A program made the translations under genes and the position numbers. The notes under the pieces are model-generated. The model did not search any database. It saw nothing but the letters and a program-made list of their open reading frames with translations, and was not told the DNA's origin. From the NCBI GenBank assembly GCA_021498125.1, contig JAIZWL010000001.1, positions 1,388,676 to 1,452,675 of the forward strand: a stretch of DNA of 64,000 bases. Direction: 5' to 3'. Of this stretch, positions 30,401 through 39,058 are shown piece after piece. This DNA comes from Candidatus Thorarchaeota archaeon (GTDB lineage: Archaea; Asgardarchaeota; Thorarchaeia; Thorarchaeales; Thorarchaeaceae). Numbering within the stretch: the first letter of the stretch is position 1; each line of letters opens with the position of its first letter.

Positions 30401-30551
30401 GACGACAACGACCACAACGACGACTACACCAACAACGATCCAGGTACCTCCACCGGACATGACCATGATTCTTGTGGTAGTGGCTGGTGTAGCTGGTGTT
30501 ATTGTTATCCTAGTTGTTGTATTCGTTATCCGACCTAAGAAGTCCGTATAG
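27483..30551 (+). CDS. Giant cell-surface protein: signal peptide, right-handed parallel beta-helix region, six tandem Ig-like repeats, 33-Thr stalk, C-terminal TM anchor
   Basis: 1022 aa. There are PbH1-like repeats (ITISDNVMSHG..., TIFNNTMY..., TIQNNIIHEI..., IVIDNNTIHCI..., TITNNKIY...). A repeated about-100-aa unit has the pattern T-PP-x-P-AD-x-Y-E-G-T-G-H-I-W...Y-x-NGT. More than 60 N-x-S/T sequons are present. The C-terminus has a TM helix and the tail RPKKSV. Confidence 0.75.
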   Translation: MIRKHAILMVSVTLCVLLLFGGSSSTKNGTIAPSNLVHSDRSVLAYTSHGPINIVNDNFTAAGFSGSGTEADPYVLDDVSITMATYAKAIHIENSTSYFIIRNSLIDGYGKSSPNAYGLYMKNVTHGTIENCTFIDHYYDLYASNVNFTEVLDSEFTESWYGVNTATVVNFTISDSEFKDVDLDFIRIVPTSSLSYNITISDNVMSHGSRFTVEGAVYLESCYRVTIFNNTMYSLSSDVIKFDQCYYVTIQNNIIHEINGNAIRFSTSSLSIVIDNNTIHCINENGMYIYNSQVTITNNKIYLVAQNGIWLRRTSSSTVVDNTIFKAFDTGIILNDSSSSNTIVNNEIGWNGRNAFDNGSSNSWDDGVLIGNAWSNYTGSGTMPIPGAAGSIDNHPSTFTDTTPPTLSSPADVTYDEGDTGYNITWTFSDAHPYRLILYVDGVENETEYWCSDSGTVSVDGLPAGDHNYTAVAQDAAGNNATDTVFVHVRDITNPQIVGVGTIHIETPQIYFINWNATDLHPDTYIIYKNNSFYVSGTWDNPNNISVGHNTWNVESLNFTVWVNDTYGNTATFTTWLICEDTTDPLAYHSGGDNYEYGTTGHNINWTINEYFNNTYTIYLNGTPIQSGHYNKTSEHDSRSYVDINVDGLGLGAYNYTLYVTDQNGHNDTDVVIFTVSDTTPPSISQPADITYEVGSTDNILTWQCSDLLPDHYVLYHNGTVIKSLAWDGSDISHIVDGFMENRQQNFTLVIYDTSGNSAKDTVMVTVTDNEGPTLDHPADVTYEAGTTGHVITWHPSDGNPSRYQIMRGSDVIREGSWNSSSEVISVNVDGLDLGSYDFQLTVWDRSDHTTVDYVQVTVQDTTPPIVTGPDDFSYTFGTTGHFINWTIEELYPHACYVYRNGTVVGSYLWENTSVHYSIDGLAIGVYNFTIAFSDESDNVGYDTVFVTVVAESTTTTTTTTTTTTTTTTTTTTTTTTTTTTTPTTIQVPPPDMTMILVVVAGVAGVIVILVVVFVIRPKKSV
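30342..30440 (+). repeat. Exact 18-nt tandem repeat (acaacgacgacaacgacc x4 plus partial units) encoding a 33-residue poly-Thr stalk
   Basis: Four perfect 18-nt units span 30342-30413 and then degenerate. Confidence 0.85.
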
Positions 30552-30949
30552 TATACATAAGATGTTAGAGGAGGTACGTCCTCCTCTCGTCTTCTCTCTT
30601 TTTTTGCGACCTATTTATAGATTTATTTCCGGATCTCCTTTGTCGCCATTTTCAAAATTCTGTTTCCTAGGTGGCGGACTGTTATCTCCGTTTTCGATCC
30701 GTAATTGCACCTGTACGATAGGTTTGTGTAGCACATTACTTGCTAACTAGTATGTTATTTTTATTATTTTGAACTGCAGTATCCACAGAGAATGGATGAG
30801 GTCACATCCACAGACATCACAATATTACTTATTAACATTGAATACTATATATTATACGTCAGGGCTTTGCCTCAGCGATCACATTTGCACTCAAGACAAA
30901 AACAACCCTCCCATAACCATCCCCGATTTCCTTGACTTTTACGTGCTGA

Positions 30950-31408
30950 CTATGGCGGCCCTGTTTTTTCTTTTTTTTCCGGTTCGTTCATGAACATACC
31001 CCTAACATTGAGTAGACCGAAATCTGCTGTGAGGATGAGTAAGGGGCAGGCAAGGGTTAGTTTTTCAATGGAGGGAAGAATAAGATAGCTTCCTATGTGT
31101 ACGAATGAGATTCCATTGATTGCTAATAAAATGAATGCGCCAATTGCGAGAACTACATTGTAATAGCTGGCTTTGCGTGCGAGAGATCTAGTGGAATGGG
31201 CGAGGATGAAATGAGCCATTCGAAGAGCATCAATGGTGAAGAAGAGCATAACGATGATGAGCATCTCGTAACCGAACATGTAGAAGATCGCATAGGAGAT
31301 GATCATTGCGATGGCAATGTAGATGTAGGTGGACATCGGATTAAATGGGCGTTCTGCCTTCATTCCGGGAATGTCGAAACCTTCTGGTTCGCTTGAAAAA
31401 GTGGCCAT
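30950..31408 (-). CDS. Small membrane protein (4 TM), hypothetical
   Basis: 152 aa, hydrophobic. Confidence 0.35.
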   Translation of the reverse strand: MATFSSEPEGFDIPGMKAERPFNPMSTYIYIAIAMIISYAIFYMFGYEMLIIVMLFFTIDALRMAHFILAHSTRSLARKASYYNVVLAIGAFILLAINGISFVHIGSYLILPSIEKLTLACPLLILTADFGLLNVRGMFMNEPEKKEKTGPP

Positions 31409-31555
31409 TATGAATCACATACTCCTTGTGGTCGGTCTTAATAACTTGGGCTCTATCAGCAAAATGCGAAATACGTCAGAGCTATATCATGTGAATGTTT
31501 AAAACACAATAGGCGATAGAATGGGCAGACTCGATTATTAAGAGAGTGTAGATTC

Positions 31556-32446
31556 ATGGCTGATGCTATAGAGTGGACAAATGCTGGCCCAGAGGAGATT
31601 GTCTGGCGCTATCCTGACAATCGGATCCGATGGGGGTCACAGCTTATCGTCATGGAGAACCAGGTTGCGATATTTTACAGAGATGGAAAGGCACTCGATA
31701 CCTTTCTTGCTGGCCGTCATAAACTGACTACCAGTAGCATGCCCGGCCTTGTTGGCTGGCTACAAAAGAAGATTAAAGGCGATGTCTTTGAGGCCACCTG
31801 TATCTTTGTATCGCGAGGCCAGTTCCAAGGCAAGTTTGGAGGTAGAGGTCAGACAAGTGATCTTGCGCCACTGATGTTTCATGGTAACTTTTGGTTCCGT
31901 GTTAAGGAACCCAAGATCTTCGTGACAGAGGTCGTGGGTAATCAGAGAGCATTCACGACAAAGAAGATCAATGATTTCCTTCGTTCCTTCATGAACGAGC
32001 GAATTATCGACGAGTTCGCGCACTATGACCTACAAGCAGTCTTCACACAACTTGATGAGACCTCATTGAAGGTCAAGACCAAGGTGCGGATGAATTTTGA
32101 GCGCATTGGTCTAGAGCTTGTTGATCTGAAGTTCGAAGGTATTGACACCACCGAGAAATATCGTGAGCGCCTCTTCTGGCTGCGAACTGGTGGAGTTTCA
32201 GGGCAGCAGGTCGCTGGAATGGAAACAATGAAAGATGCCGCAGAATCACTTGGTCACAGTCCCGGTGCCGGATTCGGTGCAGGAATGGGCTTCATGGGTG
32301 CTATGGGCGGCATGATGGGTGGTGGACAACAAGGCGGTGGCGGCGGTGGTGCTGCACCCGCAGGTGCCAAGTTCTGTCCGAACTGTGGTACGAAGTTGTC
32401 ACCAGGTGTCAAGTTCTGTCCGAACTGTGGTACGAAAATCGGGTAG
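31556..32446 (+). CDS. SPFH/Band-7-like (Band_7_1/YdjI-like) protein with Gly/Met-rich segment and C-terminal duplicated zinc-ribbon
   Basis: The N-terminus IEWTNAGPEEIVWRYPDNRIRWGSQLIVMENQVAIFYRDGK resembles the Band_7_1 family start. The tail (GAGFGAGMGFMGAMGGMMGGGQQGGGGGG) is followed by KFCPNCGTK...KFCPNCGTK. Confidence 0.55.
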   Translation: MADAIEWTNAGPEEIVWRYPDNRIRWGSQLIVMENQVAIFYRDGKALDTFLAGRHKLTTSSMPGLVGWLQKKIKGDVFEATCIFVSRGQFQGKFGGRGQTSDLAPLMFHGNFWFRVKEPKIFVTEVVGNQRAFTTKKINDFLRSFMNERIIDEFAHYDLQAVFTQLDETSLKVKTKVRMNFERIGLELVDLKFEGIDTTEKYRERLFWLRTGGVSGQQVAGMETMKDAAESLGHSPGAGFGAGMGFMGAMGGMMGGGQQGGGGGGAAPAGAKFCPNCGTKLSPGVKFCPNCGTKIG

Positions 32447-32454
32447 GCTACACG

Positions 32455-32480
32455 CCTTCCCTTTCTTTTTATTTTCATAT
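32455..32480 (+). terminator. T-rich tract downstream of the SPFH gene
   Basis: The tract ccctttctttttattttcatattc follows the stop. Confidence 0.35.
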
Positions 32481-32549
32481 TCATTCTGGTTAGTGGATGT
32501 CTTATCGAATCCGAAAGGCATTAACGTTGCATTATTTCACTTCTGTTGA

Positions 32550-35153
32550 GTGGCACGAATGGAGTATGATTTGGAATTCCTAAAGGCGCACGGTCTGATG
32601 GTTCAAGAACATAAGGGATCTCTTGCTATCAGGGGCACCGAAGTAGAATTCCACTATGACCGTGCAAATCGACTGCTCTACTTTAACATGCCTCCGACGC
32701 TCACGCCTCAGGAAATAGTTGCAGTTGTGACCGACTCGATGCTTGTCGATTACATCTGGTTCTGGGGTGATCATCTTGAGGTGTTCCGCCTCATTGACAG
32801 GACCTGTTACATTTGCAAACACCGTGGCGAAGCTCTATTTGATGAGCACGAGCCGGGTGAATTCGACCATACTGGTCTAGAACGGCTCTTCAGTGATATG
32901 ATCGGACTTCCTGACTTCACTGATCGGCTTCCATCTATACTTGACAGTCTTAGACCGCTTGAACGAGAGCGATCCGGTGTCATGCATGGACTTCTCTTCA
33001 GATTTTTTACTATTATATTTCTTATACAGATGGGTATGGTGACGGTCAAAGGTGCAGAAACGATACGCGACTTTGGAGAACGTCTACTATTATCTTCTGT
33101 AGGTCCTGACTTGGCAATTCCTCGGATTATCACGGGTGATGGCATGGGCCTTGTGGACTCAACTGTAGCCGGGGTCTCTCTCTCGCAGATTCTTGAGACT
33201 CTCTTCGGAGATCATGCGGATATCCCCCACACACTGCCGCCCTTTGCTGGATCTTATCTCGCCAATTTTATCAAAAATTATGCAATTGGGATGGATGATA
33301 CCGATCAGTCCCGTTCTCTAACCCTGCAGTTTCTTGAATTCTTACATGAGTATCTCATCTCAACATCGGGGATCAATCGTCGCATTGGCTCATATTATAC
33401 GCCTATGGGCATAGCCTACTATATTGCAAGTCAGGCAATTGCGTACTGGCTTGCTGCGACGACGGGGATTGACATCTACGAGCCGGATGATTTGTTGGAA
33501 CTTGACGAGATCAGGCGAAAGGCTCTCCTCGCCAGAGTGGAGCGAATTCGTATTCTCGACCCTGCGGTTGGAGGTGGGGCTTTTCTTATGGCTGCTGCTC
33601 AAGTGTTGCTGAGATTGAGAAAGCTGCTTGGGGATCGGCGACCTGATGGTCACATTCGATCCGAGATAGTGAGGCACAACCTATACGGAGTCGATATACT
33701 CCCCTCTGCTGTTGAATGTGCCACATTACGGCTAAAGCTCTGGTCACTGGATACCGCCTCTTTTCTCACGAATGACCTCCCGACTCATTTGCATATCCGA
33801 GTAGGTAACAGTCTAGTTGGACGTACGCACTATTCACATGACGCATTGGATGTCCCATCCATCCCTAAGCGATTTGATTGGATCAAAGAATTCCCAGAAA
33901 TATATGACCGAGAGGATCCGGGATTTGATATTATCATTGGTAATCCGCCCTACGGAAATATCACGTCGTATGATGAACGTGCCTACATTATACTGACCTA
34001 TCCATGGTCTGTGAGTGGTGAACGTACAGGAACCTGGAATAGTGCCTCGCTCTTCCTTGTTCGTTCAAGGATGTTGTTGAATAGCAAAGGGCAGCTTGGT
34101 CTTCTTGTACCGAATAGTATTCTCCGGGTGCGACAGTTCGCCAAGACTCGTTCTTTCATTACGAGCCAGTTCTTCCCTCAGGAATTTGTTGATGAGGGGA
34201 GCCCCTTTGACGGAGTGACCCTTGAGACCGTGACGCTCTTTTTGAGCGTGAGCGATTCCCAGTCGTCGTATATTCGTGTTCTCTCTCGGCGTCCCGATCT
34301 ACGACCGGCTCATGCCATACCACGCAGAGCGTCAAAGGACGACACGATTGTGGTCCTGTATCACGATGACATTCTCGATCTTGTTCTGGAACGGGGAACC
34401 AAAGGAGTCTTTCACGCATCACGAGGGAGAGATATTCCCCGCGAGCACTATGCTTTCTCCCCATCCGTTCGCTTTTCAATTCCTTATGCAGCAGTTGGAC
34501 GCTGTGTGAGTCGATATACGTTCGTTGATTCGTTTATGAGATATTCCGATGATTGGTTTGAACAAGATCGTTTGATGCGCGCATCTTTTCACGAGTCGTT
34601 TCTTGTCGCAACCAAGAATTTACCCTATCCTCGGTGCACACTGAAGCCTATCGGAGTCCTTCATGGTGGGGGGCTAGTTCGTATCACGATTGATGATCCA
34701 CACTTAGACCCACGAGCGGCTGCTGTGATCTTGAATTCCCGTTTTGTCAGGTATCTCTGTCTGCGGTACTTTACGAACTACTCGCAGTTGACCACCTGTC
34801 TTAACACTGGCATCCTTGAGGAGATTCCCGTGCCTCCTCTCTCTGTCCCTGATGTGTACCCTGTTCTCTTTGAGATTCTGCATGATGTTCATACTAGTAA
34901 CAAGTATGATTCTGCTGCCATCGCTTCTGTTGAGATGTTGACAGATGCTCTTGTATACGAACTCTATCTTCTTGATTCGGATGAACTTCATACTACAGCA
35001 AGAGACTCTTTGCTAGATGCTGCGGGTCGTGATACTCAGACCCTGATTCCTAACTTGATCGGCGGCTCTCTCCGTCAGAGTATGTTGAGTGTGTTGGATG
35101 ATCCGATAGTCCGTAGAGTAGAAACCTCTCCCCGGATGTCAAGGTCTCGTTGA
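32550..35153 (+). CDS. Large gamma-class N6-adenine DNA methyltransferase (Eco57I/type IIG-like architecture) with uncharacterised about-290-aa N-terminal region
   Basis: Motif X GSYYTPMGIAYYI, motif I (SAM-binding) RILDPAVGGGAFLMAAAQ, and motif IV DIIIGNPPYGN, in gamma order. There is a C-terminal about-250-aa putative target-recognition region. The N-terminal region contains CYICKHRG...EFDH. Confidence 0.75.
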   Translation: MARMEYDLEFLKAHGLMVQEHKGSLAIRGTEVEFHYDRANRLLYFNMPPTLTPQEIVAVVTDSMLVDYIWFWGDHLEVFRLIDRTCYICKHRGEALFDEHEPGEFDHTGLERLFSDMIGLPDFTDRLPSILDSLRPLERERSGVMHGLLFRFFTIIFLIQMGMVTVKGAETIRDFGERLLLSSVGPDLAIPRIITGDGMGLVDSTVAGVSLSQILETLFGDHADIPHTLPPFAGSYLANFIKNYAIGMDDTDQSRSLTLQFLEFLHEYLISTSGINRRIGSYYTPMGIAYYIASQAIAYWLAATTGIDIYEPDDLLELDEIRRKALLARVERIRILDPAVGGGAFLMAAAQVLLRLRKLLGDRRPDGHIRSEIVRHNLYGVDILPSAVECATLRLKLWSLDTASFLTNDLPTHLHIRVGNSLVGRTHYSHDALDVPSIPKRFDWIKEFPEIYDREDPGFDIIIGNPPYGNITSYDERAYIILTYPWSVSGERTGTWNSASLFLVRSRMLLNSKGQLGLLVPNSILRVRQFAKTRSFITSQFFPQEFVDEGSPFDGVTLETVTLFLSVSDSQSSYIRVLSRRPDLRPAHAIPRRASKDDTIVVLYHDDILDLVLERGTKGVFHASRGRDIPREHYAFSPSVRFSIPYAAVGRCVSRYTFVDSFMRYSDDWFEQDRLMRASFHESFLVATKNLPYPRCTLKPIGVLHGGGLVRITIDDPHLDPRAAAVILNSRFVRYLCLRYFTNYSQLTTCLNTGILEEIPVPPLSVPDVYPVLFEILHDVHTSNKYDSAAIASVEMLTDALVYELYLLDSDELHTTARDSLLDAAGRDTQTLIPNLIGGSLRQSMLSVLDDPIVRRVETSPRMSRSR

Positions 35154-35200
35154 AGTTGATGTTTATATAGTGCAGGCCTCCATGTGCAAACCGAATCGCG

Positions 35201-35803
35201 ATGAACGAAGAATCACCAGAGCCACATGATGACTCTAAAGAGATGGCTGACGAACTCATAGATGCGGCGACCTCCGAAAGAGAATCTGTTGAAGACGATG
35301 GCCTTACCAAGCGTGAGCGGGAAATAGCGCGCCGGGTTGAAGAGGAGCGCAGGCAAAAAGGAAAGGCTGCACTCAAGCGTTTACAGGAGCGAAAGATGGG
35401 TGTTCTCAATTATAGGTGGCCCGCCATCATACTGGTAGGTGCTGGTATTCTCTCGATCTGGTCTGAATTCTTGGTCGTGATGATCCATCCTGCCGGAATC
35501 GGTTTTGACACATTCTTACAGGCCTATCTGGAGCATGGCTCGGTCTTCTTTGTCTTTCCAATCATTTCTGGCGTGTTTCTGTTTATGTGCGCATTCTGGG
35601 CGTATGAGGATCCCCGTGGTTCATTTGTGTCAATCATCCCTGCAATGATGATGGCAATGTCTGGGATGACGGTGTATTATCTGGTGTCTTTTGCATTGGC
35701 TGCGGATCCAAATGTCGGCGTGTCAGCAACAGGCGCACCCTTCACAATGATCCTTGCGGCTGTTCTATGTCTATTGGCAATTGTGATGCGAGAGCGGGAA
35801 TGA
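35201..35803 (+). CDS. Membrane protein with acidic/charged N-terminal tail (hypothetical)
   Basis: 200 aa. A charged coiled N-terminus is followed by about 4 TM helices. Confidence 0.4.
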   Translation: MNEESPEPHDDSKEMADELIDAATSERESVEDDGLTKREREIARRVEEERRQKGKAALKRLQERKMGVLNYRWPAIILVGAGILSIWSEFLVVMIHPAGIGFDTFLQAYLEHGSVFFVFPIISGVFLFMCAFWAYEDPRGSFVSIIPAMMMAMSGMTVYYLVSFALAADPNVGVSATGAPFTMILAAVLCLLAIVMRERE

Positions 35804-35804
35804 C

Positions 35805-36386
35805 TCATGGCTCAAGAAACTCATCTAGTCGCCCTTCTTCCTCTAACATCTCCATCCAATCAATATGCAGTCGCTCTTCTTTGCCATTGATAAATCCAAG
35901 GATCTTTGAAGCCGTGTCCTTCGGACTGAGCGATGTGGTATCGATCTCTATGACCGCATCCTCTCCGAAGGCATCTATTGCATCCATCTGACATACGCCG
36001 ATGACCTCGGCCTCTACGTTCTCAGCGATCTTTGACTTGGTATAGTCTCGCTTCTCAAGACGGGTTCTCAGGGTCTCAGGGTGCGTTCGCAGTACAAAGA
36101 CCCATTCGACTTCTCCATTTGGAACGAGATCTATGTAATGGCCCTCGATGATCATGCGGCCTCTCTTTTTGTCTAAGATGTCAATGAGCGCCGACACAAG
36201 ACAATCTTCGTCGATGACTCCTGTGTTTCTCTTGAAGTCCATCTCACTGATGCATCCCTTCTCTCTTGCGAGGTCCCCCATGGAAATCACTTCAACTGAG
36301 AGGAGTGCTCCTACTATTTTTGCAACCTCAGTCTTTCCCGTGCCGGGTGAGCCGCCAATAATGATCGCTGTCAGATTTACAACCAC
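35805..36386 (-). CDS. Fap7/AK6-type adenylate kinase-like P-loop NTPase
   Basis: Walker A IIGGSPGTGKTEVAKIV. About 190 aa with an LID-less short AK fold. It resembles archaeal putative adenylate kinase / Fap7. Confidence 0.65.
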   Translation of the reverse strand: MVVNLTAIIIGGSPGTGKTEVAKIVGALLSVEVISMGDLAREKGCISEMDFKRNTGVIDEDCLVSALIDILDKKRGRMIIEGHYIDLVPNGEVEWVFVLRTHPETLRTRLEKRDYTKSKIAENVEAEVIGVCQMDAIDAFGEDAVIEIDTTSLSPKDTASKILGFINGKEERLHIDWMEMLEEEGRLDEFLEP

Positions 36387-36474
36387 CTTTTTTTACTGAA
36401 TTTGCCGTTGGCAATATCACAATATGTTGATTCCGTCAACTCAAGGTTCTTTAGGCTAACGATACAGTACTCTT

Positions 36475-37233
36475 TTGAGGGGCCCCTTGATGTCAACAAA
36501 TGCCAAAACCCATGAACGATTGCAGCATTCACTTGTACAAGATCTTATTGCTGTGTTTTTGAGTGCCTGTGCAGTCGTAATCTGGCCTATGAACAAGATC
36601 ATCAGTCTGGTTCTCCTCATGGTCGTGCTATACATCATAGTTATAGCTGTTGGCAATCTCTTCTTTGATCGAATGCAGAGGGAGCCCACCTCGGTGGACC
36701 TCGATTCTCTACGGCAGATGCTTGCAGAGCGTAGTTTAGATCAACCGGGTGATATGGCACGATTCTCAATCCGTGCATCATCGATCTATGAAGCAGATAC
36801 AAGCTCACTGAGCCTGCCAAGCGATGGTGCAGCAGCCGAAGTTCCAATGCCTCCCTCGATAGTTGTTGAGGACGAGTCGGTCACTGACGAAGATTTCTTC
36901 TCAGTTGGGATCCGGCATCTCCGTCATCTGGCAGACATAAGCCCCGAAGAGCTCTCGCAGTATCTTGATATTGACGAGTCGGAGGCGGAGGACCTGATCT
37001 ATAGGGCCAACCTGCTCTATTACGGGGCCAATGTACAGAGTCTGATGGACCTCGCAATGATGACTCCGAAAGAGATCATCCTGAAAATAGAAAATGGGCC
37101 ATGGAGTGACATTTACTCCTCCGATGACGATCTCTCGTATCTTGAGGAGATGGCTGACCGATGGATTCAGACTGCCAAAGTCGTGATGGCACGGTCTCTT
37201 ACAGAGTTCTTTCGAGGCAGAAAGAATTTGTGA
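36475..37233 (+). CDS. Hypothetical protein with N-terminal TM hairpin and acidic C-terminal region
   Basis: 252 aa. Two hydrophobic helices are followed by an acidic soluble domain. Confidence 0.35.
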   Translation: MRGPLMSTNAKTHERLQHSLVQDLIAVFLSACAVVIWPMNKIISLVLLMVVLYIIVIAVGNLFFDRMQREPTSVDLDSLRQMLAERSLDQPGDMARFSIRASSIYEADTSSLSLPSDGAAAEVPMPPSIVVEDESVTDEDFFSVGIRHLRHLADISPEELSQYLDIDESEAEDLIYRANLLYYGANVQSLMDLAMMTPKEIILKIENGPWSDIYSSDDDLSYLEEMADRWIQTAKVVMARSLTEFFRGRKNL

Positions 37234-37320
37234 GTCTGACCTCTTGTCGTCCGTCCACACTCAGTAGATGAGATCATTTTGCAGCCAATTCAGGTGCAAT
37301 TTATTATATTTTTCTGCTAC

Positions 37321-38298
37321 TCACTCTGTCGTATTGGTAGAACGTTCTTCATCCTCGTTTTTTGACTCCTCTGGTCTTTTCTCAGGTGGAGCCGCTATTT
37401 GCTTCTTCTTGGTTGTTCCTCCAGCAAGTCCAGTAAGGCCAATGATCTCTCCACGTGTCATGTCCATTGGAATTGCAAAGACGATCGTGTTGCTTTGATC
37501 AAAGCTGATGTCTTCGAGGCTCGAGAGTGTTCTTAGATAGAGTGCCTTTGTGCTCATCTTCTTGACAGCCGCCTCCAAGTTCTCAGCAGCCCTCAGTTCT
37601 CCCTCGCTCTTGATAATGACTGCACGCCGCTCACGTTCAGCCTCCGCTTGTCTGGCAATCACTCTCTTCATGTCCTCAGGAATCTCGATATTTTGCAGAT
37701 TGACACTGATAATATCGATGCCCCACTCGGCGGTCTCCTTATCGACTATCTCCTCAATGGCATTTGCAATCTCGTCTCTTTTTGCAAGTAGATCATCAAG
37801 CTCGACATTACCGATAACATCCCGCATGGTCGTCTGAGCATAGGAGATCACACTTGTCTTGATGTCCTGAATATTCATCAATGCATCTGCTGTTTTGACG
37901 ACCTTCATAAAGACGACCGCATCTGCGACAAGACTGATGTTGTCTTTCGTCATGACCTCCTGACGGGACACATCAATAGTCTGGATTCGTCTATCAATTC
38001 TCAAAAATTTTTCAACGAATGGCCATTTGAAGAATATTCCCGCACCGACCAATCTCTTGTATCTGCCGAACCGTAAGATGATAGCCTCTTCCCATTGCTT
38101 GTTGATCGCAATGGTCAGTGGGATCATGAGTAGGAATACCAATGCTAGAATCCATACCACTGGCTCTGGCAAAAACGTGATCGGTAATTTCAATATTGGT
38201 ATTGCTATAGTGAGAATAAATAATATTAGAAACGTCACAAAAGGTGCTGGCGAACCTGAATATTCGTATGTGTTATCGTGTTGTTCCTCTGTCCCCAT
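37321..38298 (-). CDS. Stomatin/prohibitin-family SPFH (band 7) membrane protein
   Basis: An N-terminal TM anchor precedes an SPFH core (VSRQEVMTKDNISLVADAVVFMKVVKTADALMNIQD...) and a coiled-coil/Ala-Glu-rich segment (RQAEAERERRAVIIKSEGELRAAE). Confidence 0.8.
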   Translation of the reverse strand: MGTEEQHDNTYEYSGSPAPFVTFLILFILTIAIPILKLPITFLPEPVVWILALVFLLMIPLTIAINKQWEEAIILRFGRYKRLVGAGIFFKWPFVEKFLRIDRRIQTIDVSRQEVMTKDNISLVADAVVFMKVVKTADALMNIQDIKTSVISYAQTTMRDVIGNVELDDLLAKRDEIANAIEEIVDKETAEWGIDIISVNLQNIEIPEDMKRVIARQAEAERERRAVIIKSEGELRAAENLEAAVKKMSTKALYLRTLSSLEDISFDQSNTIVFAIPMDMTRGEIIGLTGLAGGTTKKKQIAAPPEKRPEESKNEDEERSTNTTE

Positions 38299-38554
38299 TT
38301 CAAATCAACTGTCCGCAACCCTGTTCTTGGCACTTACATTACGAATAGTCTTTTGAATGTTTACTCGTAGTTTTTTTTTTTCAGGATAGCCATTTGTATG
38401 AACGAATGACGGTTTTGACTATTTGATCCGTTATACTCGATGGTTGACTAAACGGCCTCGGTAGAGCCTTTTCACGAGTAATCTGACCACAACAAACGCT
38501 AAAAAGAGGTGGAGTTCTGACGAGTCCAAGCTAATATCCAGAATGTGATGCTAA

Positions 38555-39058
38555 TTGAGCGACTGGAGCATTCGGCACTTTGATCAAGATGACCTGAAGG
38601 CAGTCATGAGTATCAATCAGACCTGCCTACCAGAGAACTATCCCGACTCATTCTTTATGGGTCTCTATCAGCACGCACCACGAACATTCCTGGTGGCGGA
38701 GATTGATGGAAACATCGTGGGATACATCATGTGTCGCATTGAGCGAGGGGTTTCCAGCTTTGGAAGACTTCCTGTAAAGAAAGGGCATGTTGTTTCTATA
38801 GCGGTACGTCCTGAATATCGACATCAGGGAATTGGCACTGCTCTAGTGACTCGCGGTCTTGAGGGCATGATCGAATATGGTGCTTCAGAGGTCTTTCTTG
38901 AAGTTCGCAAGACCAATACTAATGCAATCTCAGTGTATGAGCGACTTGGGTTCACAGTCAAACGAGTACTGAGAGGATACTATCGAGATGGTGAAGATGC
39001 GTATTTAATGGTCAAGACGCTCAAAGTGTCTGATGAGGTCGATGCACATGCTTGGTGA
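38555..39058 (+). CDS. GNAT N-acetyltransferase (RimI/Ard1-like N-terminal acetyltransferase)
   Basis: Acetyl-CoA binding motif VSIAVRPEYRHQGIGTALV and a downstream SVYERLGF motif. 167 aa. Confidence 0.8.
   Translation: MSDWSIRHFDQDDLKAVMSINQTCLPENYPDSFFMGLYQHAPRTFLVAEIDGNIVGYIMCRIERGVSSFGRLPVKKGHVVSIAVRPEYRHQGIGTALVTRGLEGMIEYGASEVFLEVRKTNTNAISVYERLGFTVKRVLRGYYRDGEDAYLMVKTLKVSDEVDAHAW

Noticed and set aside
32550-33420. PD-(D/E)xK or HNH nuclease call for the N-terminal region of the large methyltransferase
   Set aside because: Only a single CxxC followed by DH was seen. No complete nuclease motif could be aligned by eye. It is left as a hypothesis requiring a profile search.
36475-38298. 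Possible stomatin-NfeD operon
   Set aside because: The neighbouring 252-aa gene is on the opposite strand and lacks the NfeD OB-fold/ClpP-like signature. The stomatin gene therefore appears to lack a partner.
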